Below the pieces are notes generated by a model. The model saw only the letters and a program-made list of their open reading frames with translations, searched no databases and had not been told where the DNA came from. 45,864 nucleotides of DNA from positions 1 to 45,864 of the forward strand of contig CAYZEZ010000002.1 in assembly GCA_964477295.1 (NCBI GenBank). Reading direction: 5' to 3'. How positions within the stretch are numbered: the stretch's first letter is position 1; each line of letters opens with the position of its first letter. The stretch comes from an uncultured Bacteroides sp. GTDB lineage: Bacteria; Bacteroidota; Bacteroidia; Bacteroidales; SM23-62. A program made the position numbers and the translations under genes. This document shows positions 33,882-43,638 of this stretch, in pieces.

Positions 33882-34838
33882 ATGGAAGCAAACAGACGTT
33901 TACTATTATCCTATGCAATCGCTAGTCTGAGCGTTTTATTTTTAAGTCAATCTCTTATGGGACAGATATATAACACACTTACTGAGGAGGAATCCAGGGT
34001 AATAGACCACAAAGGTACTGAAAGGGCTTTTACCGGCGAGTACACAAACAATAAATCGAAGGGCACTTATATCTGTAAGAAGTGTAATGCCCCTTTGTAC
34101 CTTTCTGATAATAAGTTCGAATCACATTGTGGATGGCCTTCATTTGACGACGAAATCCCGGGTGCTGTTCTCCGGGTGCCGGATGCAGATGGTATACGGA
34201 CCGAGATTGTTTGTGCCAACTGCAAGGGCCATTTAGGTCATGTTTTTCTTAATGAAGGATATACTCCCAAAAATACGAGGCATTGTGTAAATTCAATATC
34301 CATGATGTTTATTCCTGCCGGAGAACCATTGCCTCCAATCATAGTGGGCAGTGACAAGACAGAGACAGCATATTTTGCATCCGGATGTTTCTGGGGAACG
34401 GAATACCATCTCCAGAAGATCCCGGGGGTTGTGTCGACAACCGTAGGATTTATGGGGGGGAGTGTTAAGAATCCAAGTTATGAGCAGGTCTGTACCGGCA
34501 CCACCGGGCATGCCGAAACAGTTAAAGTGGTGTTTGATCCTTCGAAGGTTTCGTACCGCACAATCGCTAAAATGTACTTCGAAACCCATGATCCGACCCA
34601 GGTCAACCGCCAGGGACCTGACATCGGGAACCAGTATCGTTCTGAGATCTTTTACACGAATGAAAATCAGCGCCAGGTTGCAAATGAATTAATCCAGCTG
34701 CTTGAAAACAAGGATTTTGACGTAGCAACCAGGATTACTCCTGCGTCAGACTTTTATGAAGCAGAAAGTTACCACCAGGATTACTATAAGCATAAAGGAT
34801 CTACACCTTACTGTCATATTTATACGCCCCGGTTTTGA
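33882..34838 (+). CDS. msrAB: Exported bifunctional methionine sulfoxide reductase (MsrB domain then MsrA domain)
   Basis: Signal-like MEANRRLLLSYAIASLSVLFLSQ. MsrB motifs CxxC, CGWPSF and RHCVNS. MsrA motif GCFWGTE. Confidence 0.9.
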   Translation: MEANRRLLLSYAIASLSVLFLSQSLMGQIYNTLTEEESRVIDHKGTERAFTGEYTNNKSKGTYICKKCNAPLYLSDNKFESHCGWPSFDDEIPGAVLRVPDADGIRTEIVCANCKGHLGHVFLNEGYTPKNTRHCVNSISMMFIPAGEPLPPIIVGSDKTETAYFASGCFWGTEYHLQKIPGVVSTTVGFMGGSVKNPSYEQVCTGTTGHAETVKVVFDPSKVSYRTIAKMYFETHDPTQVNRQGPDIGNQYRSEIFYTNENQRQVANELIQLLENKDFDVATRITPASDFYEAESYHQDYYKHKGSTPYCHIYTPRF

Positions 34839-34876
34839 TTCTTCCTGGAATCGAAAAAGATATTACATTTGGTTAA

Positions 34877-34899
34877 CCTGCATAGAATTGATCTGCAGG
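34877..34899 (+). terminator. Weak hairpin CCTGCA/TGCAGG after msrBA, related to the glnII terminator
   Basis: 6-bp stem. Shares the exact 15-mer ATTGATCTGCAGGGA with 11416-11430. No T run. Confidence 0.3.
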
Positions 34900-35026
34900 G
34901 AATAGTTGAAATTGAGAGTGCTACCAACTGTATTGCAAAACCCTGACATAGAAAACCGCGTTCTACGGATTTTAATGAGAATATCTCTCCGGATGGAATG
35001 GTACACAGGTCTTAAATAATAATGAC

Positions 35027-36382
35027 ATGAAAAATTCAATGGCAATACTCCTCCTGTGCACGTTGATAGCAGCACGGGCGGATGCTCAGTTTTCTAAAGC
35101 CGCCTGGGATAGTATTCGGGCACTCACCCAGTTGGATTATAACCTGATGCTGAAACAACTTGGCATTGATCCATCCGAAATGCGCCCTGGTCCATCCGGA
35201 AATCCGTCCGATCCTAACGCAGCAAATACGGATGAGTCTGAAGCAACAACCTATGATGCGCTACCGGATCCCCTGGTATTTAATAATGGAGATACGGTCC
35301 GGACCGTCGACGAATGGGAAAAGAAACGCCGGGCGGAAATAGTGGAGCTATTTGACAGAGAGATCTATGGAAGAGTACCAGCAAATGTGCCGGGAGTTCA
35401 ATGGGAAATAATAAGCATTAAGGATACAATGGAAGGTACTTTTCCTGTGAGGATCAAGCATATTACAGGTCATGTGGATAACTCCGCTTACCCTGAGATC
35501 AACGTAAATATTGAATTGGTTGTAGGAACACCTGCCGGTTCAGATGAAGCCGTACCGGTGGTGACTGAGTTTGGTTTCAACTGGTCGCAGGCTCAGCTGG
35601 AAAGATTCATTGGAAGGCTGCCACCAGGACCAACCTGGAAAGAGCAACTTTTAGCCAAAGGCTGGGGTTATGCTGTTCTTGTACCCGTCAGTATTCAGGC
35701 AGATAATGGCGCAGGAATTACAGATGGTATCATCGGTCTTGTGAACAAAGGGAAAACCAGAACCCCGGAGCAATGGGGAACACTGAGGGCGTGGGCATGG
35801 GGAGCCAGCCGTGCCATAGATTATTACGAGTCTGATCCGGATATTGATGTTAACCGCCTGGGAATAGAGGGACTTTCAAGGTACGGTAAAGCAGCCGTGG
35901 TTGCCATGGCCTATGAACCTCGTTTTGCTATCGGTTTTATTGGTTCATCGGGCGCCGGTGGTACAAAATTGTTACGCCGGAATCTTGGTGAACAGGTTGA
36001 AAACCTTGCCGGTTCGGGAGAATACCATTGGTTCGCAGGCAATTTTATTAAATACGCCGGGCCTCTTTCTAAAAATGATTTGCCTGTGGATGCTCATCAA
36101 TTGGTCGCTTTATGTGCTCCAAGGCCTGTTTTCATCAGTGCCGGGGCATCAGAAGTAGAAGGCCATTGGGTAGATGCCAAGGGTATGTTTCTCGGTGGGA
36201 TGCTCGCCGGTCCGGTTTACAGGCTTCTAGGTAAAAATGATATCGGAGCCAAACAGTTTCCGGCGAAGGAAACAACTTTAACAGACGGAGAGATTGCTTT
36301 CAGGCAACACGCAGGTGGTCATACCACCGGTCCCAATTGGCCATATTTCATCCGTTATGCCAGCCGGTATTTTGATAAATAG
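35027..36382 (+). CDS. CE15-family glucuronoyl esterase
   Basis: Signal peptide. Family hallmarks LPDPLVFNNGDTVRTVDEWEKKRRAEIVELF, nucleophile motif GLSRYGKAA (GxSRxGK) and a C-terminal HAGGH. Confidence 0.85.
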   Translation: MKNSMAILLLCTLIAARADAQFSKAAWDSIRALTQLDYNLMLKQLGIDPSEMRPGPSGNPSDPNAANTDESEATTYDALPDPLVFNNGDTVRTVDEWEKKRRAEIVELFDREIYGRVPANVPGVQWEIISIKDTMEGTFPVRIKHITGHVDNSAYPEINVNIELVVGTPAGSDEAVPVVTEFGFNWSQAQLERFIGRLPPGPTWKEQLLAKGWGYAVLVPVSIQADNGAGITDGIIGLVNKGKTRTPEQWGTLRAWAWGASRAIDYYESDPDIDVNRLGIEGLSRYGKAAVVAMAYEPRFAIGFIGSSGAGGTKLLRRNLGEQVENLAGSGEYHWFAGNFIKYAGPLSKNDLPVDAHQLVALCAPRPVFISAGASEVEGHWVDAKGMFLGGMLAGPVYRLLGKNDIGAKQFPAKETTLTDGEIAFRQHAGGHTTGPNWPYFIRYASRYFDK

Positions 36383-36433
36383 TAATTGAAGTGTTTTTAA
36401 AGGAAAATGTACGCTCCGGAACGGATGGCTCAA

Positions 36434-38203
36434 TCACCCCGGATTTTGCATCCTGACCAGAACCATAAAATTATTGTTCACATTATTATTGCTTGCATTG
36501 GCTCCTGGCAGCGTTATCCGGCCTTTTGGGAAGGTCTTGCTATAGGTGTCAAAATAAAAGTATTCCGTTACAATCTGCCCGCATTCTTCTTTCCTGTAAT
36601 CCTTTAACCAGTCCGGTATGGATGAATGGTACAAATGATCACATTTTTCATAGGCAATATATACGATTACATCTTCATCCACGTCAAACGACAGGTAATC
36701 GGTATCAGTACTGTCACGGTCGCCATGATCCGTCATAATATAAGTAATTCCTTCATAAACAGATGGATCGCTGATATTGGTCTCGGAATTTTTTCCCGAA
36801 AACGGCGGTGATCCTTTCTTTAACTTCGAAATGTGATATCGTTTACCGTTGCTGGCAGTTACGTTACTGACGATAACCTCGTTTTTATTCTTAGGTTCAA
36901 TGATCAAACCGAATTCCTTTTCAGCCTGGTCCCCGTCTGCATCAGATACAGAAACGGTAAAATCAAAATCTCCTGTTACAACCGGGATACCTTCCAGAAT
37001 ACCTGAAGGGGAAAGAGACAGATCTTCAGGTAGCGGATCAGACCCTGTTGACAACCGGAATGTCACATCCTGGTTTCCCCGGACTTCAACAGGGACCTTT
37101 AATAACTCACCCTGTCGGGCAACAGGAAGTATCCCGGTCAGGAATTCCGGTTCGATATCTGTCCTGATCAATACAGTGGCTGTGCTGCTTTTCCCCTGTT
37201 GATCACAGGCCTTCCCCATGAGGACATTGTCACCCGGTTCAATCCCAACCTGGCCTGAATAGGGAGGCTGTACAAGGTTAGCTACGAGGCTGCCATTCAA
37301 ATACACTTCTATTTTTTCAATTTTAGAATCACTGTCTCCGGCGAACAATTCAAAAGGTACTTTTTCACCTGCTTCAAATGTTTGCAGCTGCCCGGGGCTT
37401 TTAAAATAAACAACCGGGTAGGCATTTCCATCATTTTTTTTATCATAGGCCCAGGATAACAGATCCTGGCTGCTTACGGCATTCCATTGTACACCATGCC
37501 CGATACCATCGTGTTCCGTATAGCGGGGATTGACACCCGTGACCCACTCGTAGGCTCCCCTGGGGTCTCCGTTCACAGCCCGGAAAACCACGATACTATC
37601 CTTCAAGGGCCCTGCATTCCTGTCATTCTCACCTATATTGGCCCAGACAGGAATATCTTTCAAATTTTCGATATTTCCCCTTAAATTGCTTCCCATGGGA
37701 ATTGCTGCCGCAAAATAATCCGGATACCGGTTAAGGAACTGCCATGTGCCGCCCCCGCCCATCGAAAATCCTGTAATATATATCCTCTGGGCATCTCCTT
37801 GTTTATATGTGACCAGGTCATCCATCACTTTTTTAAGGTTATCGATATGTTGTGTCCAGCCGCGTTTCGATACGGGAGCAATGATATAGGTGGGAATTGC
37901 CTGTGTGTTTTCTCCGAAATGGTGCCACATCCTGAGAGGAGGATCAACTGTACTGCGTGGCCTTAACACCTCGTCTTCCGGGCAGCAGCCATGAAGAAAA
38001 AGGGCAATAGGATATACTTTTCCCTCTTCAAGGTTATCCGGTGTATAAAGCCAGTAATTGGTGATGCCCTCCTGCTGTTGGCTCCACTGAGGCAGTCCCT
38101 TGTAATCAAGCTTTTGTGCAGTTGCTGTTAACCGGGGTAAACAAACAAACAGAATAACAACTATTGCGGCTTTGTGGCATGGTTTGACTGTAATGATCTT
38201 CAT
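36434..38203 (-). CDS. Secreted alpha/beta-hydrolase esterase with Ig-like domains and a C-terminal putative binding module
   Basis: Signal peptide. Nucleophile elbow GFSMGGGG. Ig-like segments including a He_PIG-like LSLSPSGILEGIPVVTGDFDFTVSVSDADGD. Confidence 0.78.
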   Translation of the reverse strand: MKIITVKPCHKAAIVVILFVCLPRLTATAQKLDYKGLPQWSQQQEGITNYWLYTPDNLEEGKVYPIALFLHGCCPEDEVLRPRSTVDPPLRMWHHFGENTQAIPTYIIAPVSKRGWTQHIDNLKKVMDDLVTYKQGDAQRIYITGFSMGGGGTWQFLNRYPDYFAAAIPMGSNLRGNIENLKDIPVWANIGENDRNAGPLKDSIVVFRAVNGDPRGAYEWVTGVNPRYTEHDGIGHGVQWNAVSSQDLLSWAYDKKNDGNAYPVVYFKSPGQLQTFEAGEKVPFELFAGDSDSKIEKIEVYLNGSLVANLVQPPYSGQVGIEPGDNVLMGKACDQQGKSSTATVLIRTDIEPEFLTGILPVARQGELLKVPVEVRGNQDVTFRLSTGSDPLPEDLSLSPSGILEGIPVVTGDFDFTVSVSDADGDQAEKEFGLIIEPKNKNEVIVSNVTASNGKRYHISKLKKGSPPFSGKNSETNISDPSVYEGITYIMTDHGDRDSTDTDYLSFDVDEDVIVYIAYEKCDHLYHSSIPDWLKDYRKEECGQIVTEYFYFDTYSKTFPKGRITLPGANASNNNVNNNFMVLVRMQNPG

Positions 38204-38259
38204 TTTAATTTATTTTTGGTGGATTTATTTACGTTTCAACCGGAATCCATTCACCCGAA

Positions 38260-39606
38260 TCAAAAATCGAGTGTAAAAGTAGTGGATCCATTTTCTTCTG
38301 ATGATACACGGATCGAGCCATTATGCATCTGCATTACCTGGCGCGCCAGGCTCAGTCCGATACCGGAACCATCCTTCCTGGTAGTAAAAAAGGGTGTGAA
38401 TACATGGTCAATGATTTCTGCAGTAATGCCTTTCCCGTTATCCGTAACCTCAATGCACACCTTTTCATCTGACTTGTAACCCTTCAGCATGATCAATGGA
38501 GTGCCTGTTTCAGTTATGGCTTGTATGGAATTCTTCATCAGGTTGATCAGGGTCTGTTCAATAAGTTTCTCATCAGCCGGGATTTCCAGGTTTGCAGGAG
38601 AAATATCGGTACTGGTCTTAACGCCATGTTTTTCAAGTTCACCGGACATGAGTGATAACACATGATCAAACAATTCAGAAACCCGGATGGATTTAATATC
38701 GGGTTCATCTATGGACGTGAAGTTCCTGAAGGTGTCGATGAATTCAGACAGTCCCTTACTTCTTTTTACAATGGTCTTCAGGCCAAGGATTGTACGATCC
38801 ATCAGCTGGCCTTCCATCTCTTTTCCGGGATCCTTATCTTGTCTTTCCTCAAACATTTCATAAAGGCTGCTTGCAAGCACCTGTATGGGTACAACCGAGT
38901 TTGTGATTTCGTGGTTCAGTACCCTGATGAGTTTCAGCCAGGCTTCCAGTTCGCGCCGGTCCATTTCCAGTGTAATATCAAGAAAGGAATATATTGTTGC
39001 TTTGGTATCCCGAAGTTTAATCACTGAAGACTTCACTGCCAGGTGAACCATTTTACCTTTCGGAAATATTTTTACCTGATGATCCTTTGGTTTATCATGT
39101 GAAAATATTCCGGCCAGATCCGGATGGTGGCTGAGCAGGTCATTCAGGTTGGAAACACGGTCCATTCCCAATAAATCCAGGGCAGTCCTGTTGATAAGCA
39201 ATATGTTACCACTATCATCAGCAGCCATAATCCCCGAGGCTGATTGTTTAATGGTCTCCCGGAAGAACTGGTTTTCCATTTCCTTTTCTATCCTGATGAG
39301 CCTGAAATTTCCGGTGATTTCATTAAAAAGGGCATAAAGATTTTGAAAATACTTACCGGTTCTTTTGTAATGGAAAAACTGTGTTGTATCCTGATTCCTC
39401 AGAGCCTCCATGAACCGGATCACATCACGCTGTATCCTGCTCATAAAGAAATTTAAAAACAGGATCTGTCCAATCCAGAGAACCAGCAGTCCCGCTGCAG
39501 TCATTTGCATAAAATCCATTGTCATGGCTGTTGTCAGCAGCATTCCAACAATGGCAATGAACATGACCTGGATGAAAATGCTAATATTAAACCTGTCCAA
39601 TACCAT
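38260..39606 (-). CDS. Sensor histidine kinase: two TM helices with a loop of ~7 aa, PAS, HisKA, HATPase
   Basis: H box HEITNS; N box LMKNSIQA; G boxes DNGKGI and GSGIGLSLA. PAS-like IMAADDSGNILLINRTALDLLG. Confidence 0.88.
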   Translation of the reverse strand: MVLDRFNISIFIQVMFIAIVGMLLTTAMTMDFMQMTAAGLLVLWIGQILFLNFFMSRIQRDVIRFMEALRNQDTTQFFHYKRTGKYFQNLYALFNEITGNFRLIRIEKEMENQFFRETIKQSASGIMAADDSGNILLINRTALDLLGMDRVSNLNDLLSHHPDLAGIFSHDKPKDHQVKIFPKGKMVHLAVKSSVIKLRDTKATIYSFLDITLEMDRRELEAWLKLIRVLNHEITNSVVPIQVLASSLYEMFEERQDKDPGKEMEGQLMDRTILGLKTIVKRSKGLSEFIDTFRNFTSIDEPDIKSIRVSELFDHVLSLMSGELEKHGVKTSTDISPANLEIPADEKLIEQTLINLMKNSIQAITETGTPLIMLKGYKSDEKVCIEVTDNGKGITAEIIDHVFTPFFTTRKDGSGIGLSLARQVMQMHNGSIRVSSEENGSTTFTLDF

Positions 39607-40966
39607 ATTTTTTCATTTTATTATAGAGTGTCGTCCTGTTGATACCCAGTATCCCGGCTGCCATTTTCCTGTTATTCCCGGTCCTTTTCAGTGCCTTATA
39701 GATCAGGTTGCATTCATTGGATTCAAGATTATAGCCTGTCGCCTCATTGCTGAATTTATGGTTTATCTGACTGGATTCAAAATCAGAAGGTTTCAACATA
39801 TCACCTTCAGACAGAAGAACTGCTTTTTCAACATGGTTGCGCAATTCCCTGATGTTCCCTTTCCAGTAATTTTTGGATAATTGCCTGAGGGCATGCTGGC
39901 TGATCTTTAGCCTGGGTTTACCATGCTTATCGGTGAACTTTTCAATGAAATAATGCACCAGTTGGGGTATATCCTCCGGCCGTTCGCGAAGGGGGGGGAG
40001 CTCAACCTGGATATTGTTTATCCTGTAGAGCAGGTCTTCACGAAACCTGCCCTCTTCACACAACTGGTACAAATTGGCGTTGGTCGCACATATCAACCTG
40101 ATATTAATAGGAGTAGCCTGGAAGGACCCTACCCGGGTAACCTCTCTTTTTTCCAATACTGACAGTAACTTTGCCTGTTGAGAAAGGGACAGGTTGCCTA
40201 TCTCATCGAGGAAGAGTGTTCCCCCGGAGGCAATTTCAATCCTTCCCGGTTTATCAGCCACAGCGTCTGTAAAGGCTCCTTTCATATGGCCGAATAATTC
40301 GCTTTCAAAAAGACTCTCCGGGATGGCCCCAACATCAATAGAAACAAATATCTCGTCCCGGCGCAAAGATTGATTATGTATCTCACGGGCAAGTATCTCT
40401 TTCCCGGTGCCATTTTCGCCCAGGATAAGTATATTCGCATCGGTCGGGGCTACTTTATTTACGGTATTCCAGATATCGGTCATCTGACCGGAACTTCCAT
40501 GGCAGAAATCAAATTCTCTTTTTTCATTTTCAATCAAATGCTGCTGCTTGGTTTTCAGGTTCCGTATCACCAATCTCGACTTTCTCAACTGGTAGGCTGA
40601 AAGAATGGTTGACAGTATCTTCTCCTTATCCCATGATTTAAGAATGAAATCACTCGCTCCTTCCCGGATGGCCCGAATAGCCAGATCAATATCCCCGAAA
40701 GCCGTAATAAGGATAATGGTTGCATCATCATCTTTTTCCAGAATCCTGTTCATCCAGAAGAAGCCTTCGTTCCCGGTATGGATCCCTGCCGAGAAGTTCA
40801 TGTCAAGGAGTATCACATCAAATTCCGATATATCCGGCAGGGACGGTATCCGGCCCGGATCAGCAAGTGTTTTAACAGTTTGAAAATGTCTCGAAAGAAA
40901 AATCTCATAAGCAATAAGGAATTCCTCATTGTCATCTATGATCAGAATATTACCTTCCTTATTCAT
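39587..40966 (-). CDS. Sigma-54-dependent response regulator (NtrC family: REC, AAA+, Fis-type HTH)
   Basis: REC acidic pocket (DDNEE, LLDMNF), Walker A GENGTGKE, GAFTGA variant GAFTDA, C-terminal HTH AAGILGINRTTLYNKMKKY. Overlaps the kinase gene by 20 nt. Confidence 0.93.
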   Translation of the reverse strand: MNKEGNILIIDDNEEFLIAYEIFLSRHFQTVKTLADPGRIPSLPDISEFDVILLDMNFSAGIHTGNEGFFWMNRILEKDDDATIILITAFGDIDLAIRAIREGASDFILKSWDKEKILSTILSAYQLRKSRLVIRNLKTKQQHLIENEKREFDFCHGSSGQMTDIWNTVNKVAPTDANILILGENGTGKEILAREIHNQSLRRDEIFVSIDVGAIPESLFESELFGHMKGAFTDAVADKPGRIEIASGGTLFLDEIGNLSLSQQAKLLSVLEKREVTRVGSFQATPINIRLICATNANLYQLCEEGRFREDLLYRINNIQVELPPLRERPEDIPQLVHYFIEKFTDKHGKPRLKISQHALRQLSKNYWKGNIRELRNHVEKAVLLSEGDMLKPSDFESSQINHKFSNEATGYNLESNECNLIYKALKRTGNNRKMAAGILGINRTTLYNKMKKYGIGQV

Positions 40967-40999
40967 TGGAGCAAAATCAAAATGTAAATCTATAAAATA

Positions 41000-41016
41000 T
41001 GTTTAATATTTAAACA
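41000..41016. promoter_or_regulatory. Perfect inverted repeat TGTTTAA-TAT-TTAAACA (candidate activator binding site)
   Basis: Palindrome read directly. It is flanked by AATATGT(T) at 40996, 41018 and 41072, and lies about 90 nt upstream of the sigma-54-like element. Confidence 0.35.
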
Positions 41017-41091
41017 CAATATGTTGTTTTATTATACACGAATATATATTTTCAATATCATATTTATCTGAATATGTGTAATATAGAGTTA

Positions 41092-41107
41092 TGGCATATC
41101 TTTTGAT
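41092..41107 (+). promoter_or_regulatory. Possible sigma-54 -24/-12 element TGGCAT-N5-TTGA upstream of the FtsX permease gene
   Basis: Correct spacing and -24 GG, but the -12 reads GA rather than the conserved GC. It overlaps a near-match to the sigma-A -7 box (TTGATTTG, 41103-41110). Confidence 0.3.
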
Positions 41108-41144
41108 TTGATTATTCAGATTTTTCATTCAAATTTACCTTACG

Positions 41145-43490
41145 ATGTACAGGAATTATCTGTTAACGACAATAAGGGCCCTGGTGAGGAACAAGGCATT
41201 TACAGCGATAAATATTTTTGGATTTGCTGCTGGTATCGCCTGTGTAATCCTGTTTTATTTGTGGGTAGTCGATGAAGTGAGCTATGACAGGTTTCATGAG
41301 AACAGGAACAGGATCATGAACCTCCTGTCGGTATTTCCCAGAAATGATATGAATTCCATGGCGGTAACTCCCTTCCCCCTTGCACCAGCGATGTATGAAA
41401 AATTTCCCGAGGTGGAAGACTTCACAAGGTTCTGGCAGTTTCCTGCGCTGGTTAGTTATAAGGAAACTACAAACCTCGATAAAAAGGTCTGCCTGGTGGA
41501 TTCCGGATTTTTCAATATGTTCAGTTTCCCTGTAATCTCCGGAAATCCAAAAGAAGCAGTATCCAATAAAAGCTCTGTGGTGATCACAGAGTCAGAGGCT
41601 GTCAAGTATTTTGGAGAAGATGATCCGATAGGCAGGATCCTGACTTTTAACAAGGACCTGAAACTTACGGTTATGGCCGTGGTAAAAGATCCGCCCAGAA
41701 ATACAGTATTTGATTTTACAATGCTTGCAAGCATTCTGCATGTACCTGAATACAGGTTATATAACGACTGGTCATTTGCAGGTCCGTCATACGTAATGCT
41801 ATCAGAAGGGACAGACAGGCACAGTTTCCAGGAAAAGATCAGGGATCTGTACAGGGACAGGGATGCCGAAATGGATGTATCCCTGGTTCTGCAACCCTTG
41901 AAGGAGGTCTATCTCTATCGTGATGGCAAGGCCAACCGGATCATTTACGTATACCTGTTTTCCGGGATTGCCATTATAATCCTGCTGCTTGCCTGTTTTA
42001 ATTATATGAACCTGAGCATTGCACGATCCTTAAAACGGTCAAAGGAAATAGGATTACGCAAAACAAATGGTGCCGGCAAAAATCAGATTGTGATCCAGTT
42101 TCTAGGTGAATCCATGTTTTATTCACTTATATCCCTGTTTATAGCTCTGATCCTTGTTGAACTGGCAAGGCCTTTATTTAACTCCCTTACGATGAAGCAA
42201 CTTGAGCTTCACTATAATGATCCTTTGCTAATAACCGGATTAATTGCAATATACATTTTTACCTCACTCGCTTCCGGGCTTTACCCGGCTTTTATTCTGT
42301 CTTCATTCCGGCCGGCGGAGATATTCTACGGGAAAACAGGTTTTAAAGGAAAGGGAAATTTTCTGAATACATTAATCATCTTACAGTTTGCGATTTCAAC
42401 CGCCCTTATTATTGCCTCCGTTACGGTTAATCGTCAGGTAAATTATATCCGGAAGAAGGACCTGGGACTGAACAAGGAAAAGGTCATTGTTCTTCCTTTT
42501 GGAAGGGATATGATACCGATGTATGAAGTGGTCAGGGAACAGATCATGGCTCATTCGGCAGTCGTAAATGTATCGGCTTCGTATGATCTTCCATTCTTCC
42601 TTACTTCAGGAGTAAGTTTTACCTGGGATACTGTTCCGGTGGAGGACAGGATTGGAGTGAGTTATAATATGGTGGATTATGATTTCATTGAAACCATGGA
42701 GATCGATATGCTGGAGGGAAGGTCGTTTTCCAGGGAATATGCCGGAGATGACTCTGTAGCCTACATCATCAATGAAACCGCCCTGAGAAAAATGGGAGTT
42801 GACCATGCTACCGGTCTGGATATACACTTCAGGCATCCTCACCTGCCGGAATATCTTCGCAAAGGGACCATCATCGGAGTGATAAAGGATTTTAATACCC
42901 GTCCCCTGAAGGAAGAGATACCTCCCCTTGTGCTCAGGATATACCGTCCGTTCTACAGGAATATGTACATACGATATAACACAGAAGATCCGTCTGACCT
43001 CCTGCAGTATCTCCAGGGTGTCCAGTCACAACTGTACCCCGGATTGCCATTTCAATATTCCTTTCTTGACCAGGAGGCTGACCAGCTGTACAGTGTGGAA
43101 TTTCGCACCGGAAGGATCCTCAGGTACTTCACATTGATCAGCATTCTCATTTCTTGTCTCGGCCTTTTTGGAATGGTATCGTATGACCTGGAATTGAGAA
43201 TCCGGGAAATTGCCATACGTAAAGTATTTGCCTCTTCGGTTGGGCGGATCATTTTGCTGATATTCTCCAGATACCTGAGGTGGATTACAATCGCTTTTAT
43301 ACTGGCTGTTCCGGCAGCCTGGTACTTAACACGGAAATGGCTCCAGGAGTTCGTTTTCAGGATTGAGATATCGGTTCTCAGTTACCTGATCTCATTAATA
43401 CTTGTAATATTGATTGCATTTATAACTATCAGTTTCCTGTCGGGAAGAACTGCCAGAATCAATCCGGCCGCTGTTCTTAAACAGAATTAA
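41145..43490 (+). CDS. Tandem MacB/FtsX-type ABC transporter permease (two 4-TM FtsX units, two large extracytoplasmic domains); no ATPase gene adjacent
   Basis: 781 aa. TM1, a large loop and 3 TM occur twice. FtsX-like blocks RSKEIGLRKTNGAGKNQI and RIREIAIRKVFASS. Confidence 0.9.
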   Translation: MYRNYLLTTIRALVRNKAFTAINIFGFAAGIACVILFYLWVVDEVSYDRFHENRNRIMNLLSVFPRNDMNSMAVTPFPLAPAMYEKFPEVEDFTRFWQFPALVSYKETTNLDKKVCLVDSGFFNMFSFPVISGNPKEAVSNKSSVVITESEAVKYFGEDDPIGRILTFNKDLKLTVMAVVKDPPRNTVFDFTMLASILHVPEYRLYNDWSFAGPSYVMLSEGTDRHSFQEKIRDLYRDRDAEMDVSLVLQPLKEVYLYRDGKANRIIYVYLFSGIAIIILLLACFNYMNLSIARSLKRSKEIGLRKTNGAGKNQIVIQFLGESMFYSLISLFIALILVELARPLFNSLTMKQLELHYNDPLLITGLIAIYIFTSLASGLYPAFILSSFRPAEIFYGKTGFKGKGNFLNTLIILQFAISTALIIASVTVNRQVNYIRKKDLGLNKEKVIVLPFGRDMIPMYEVVREQIMAHSAVVNVSASYDLPFFLTSGVSFTWDTVPVEDRIGVSYNMVDYDFIETMEIDMLEGRSFSREYAGDDSVAYIINETALRKMGVDHATGLDIHFRHPHLPEYLRKGTIIGVIKDFNTRPLKEEIPPLVLRIYRPFYRNMYIRYNTEDPSDLLQYLQGVQSQLYPGLPFQYSFLDQEADQLYSVEFRTGRILRYFTLISILISCLGLFGMVSYDLELRIREIAIRKVFASSVGRIILLIFSRYLRWITIAFILAVPAAWYLTRKWLQEFVFRIEISVLSYLISLILVILIAFITISFLSGRTARINPAAVLKQN

Positions 43491-43638
43491 ATGGTAAAAT
43501 GCAATATGAACCGTGCTCCCTGAATCCCGGGAACATAAAAGATCCGGCGATTGGTGAACGAATTTCGGTTCCTGGATTTTACCCGAAGAATAATACAAGG
43601 AAAGACATTGCATACAGCTTCATCAACGCTGGCATGAA

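Noticed and set aside
39410-39880. Long antisense or shadow ORFs (39410-39880 +, 10361-10792 +, 11841-12260 +, 935-1333 -, 36849-37202 +, 28261-28587 + and similar)
   Set aside because: Each lies entirely opposite a gene with strong family motifs. They have low-complexity or odd composition and no promoter or start context. They are typical shadow ORFs.
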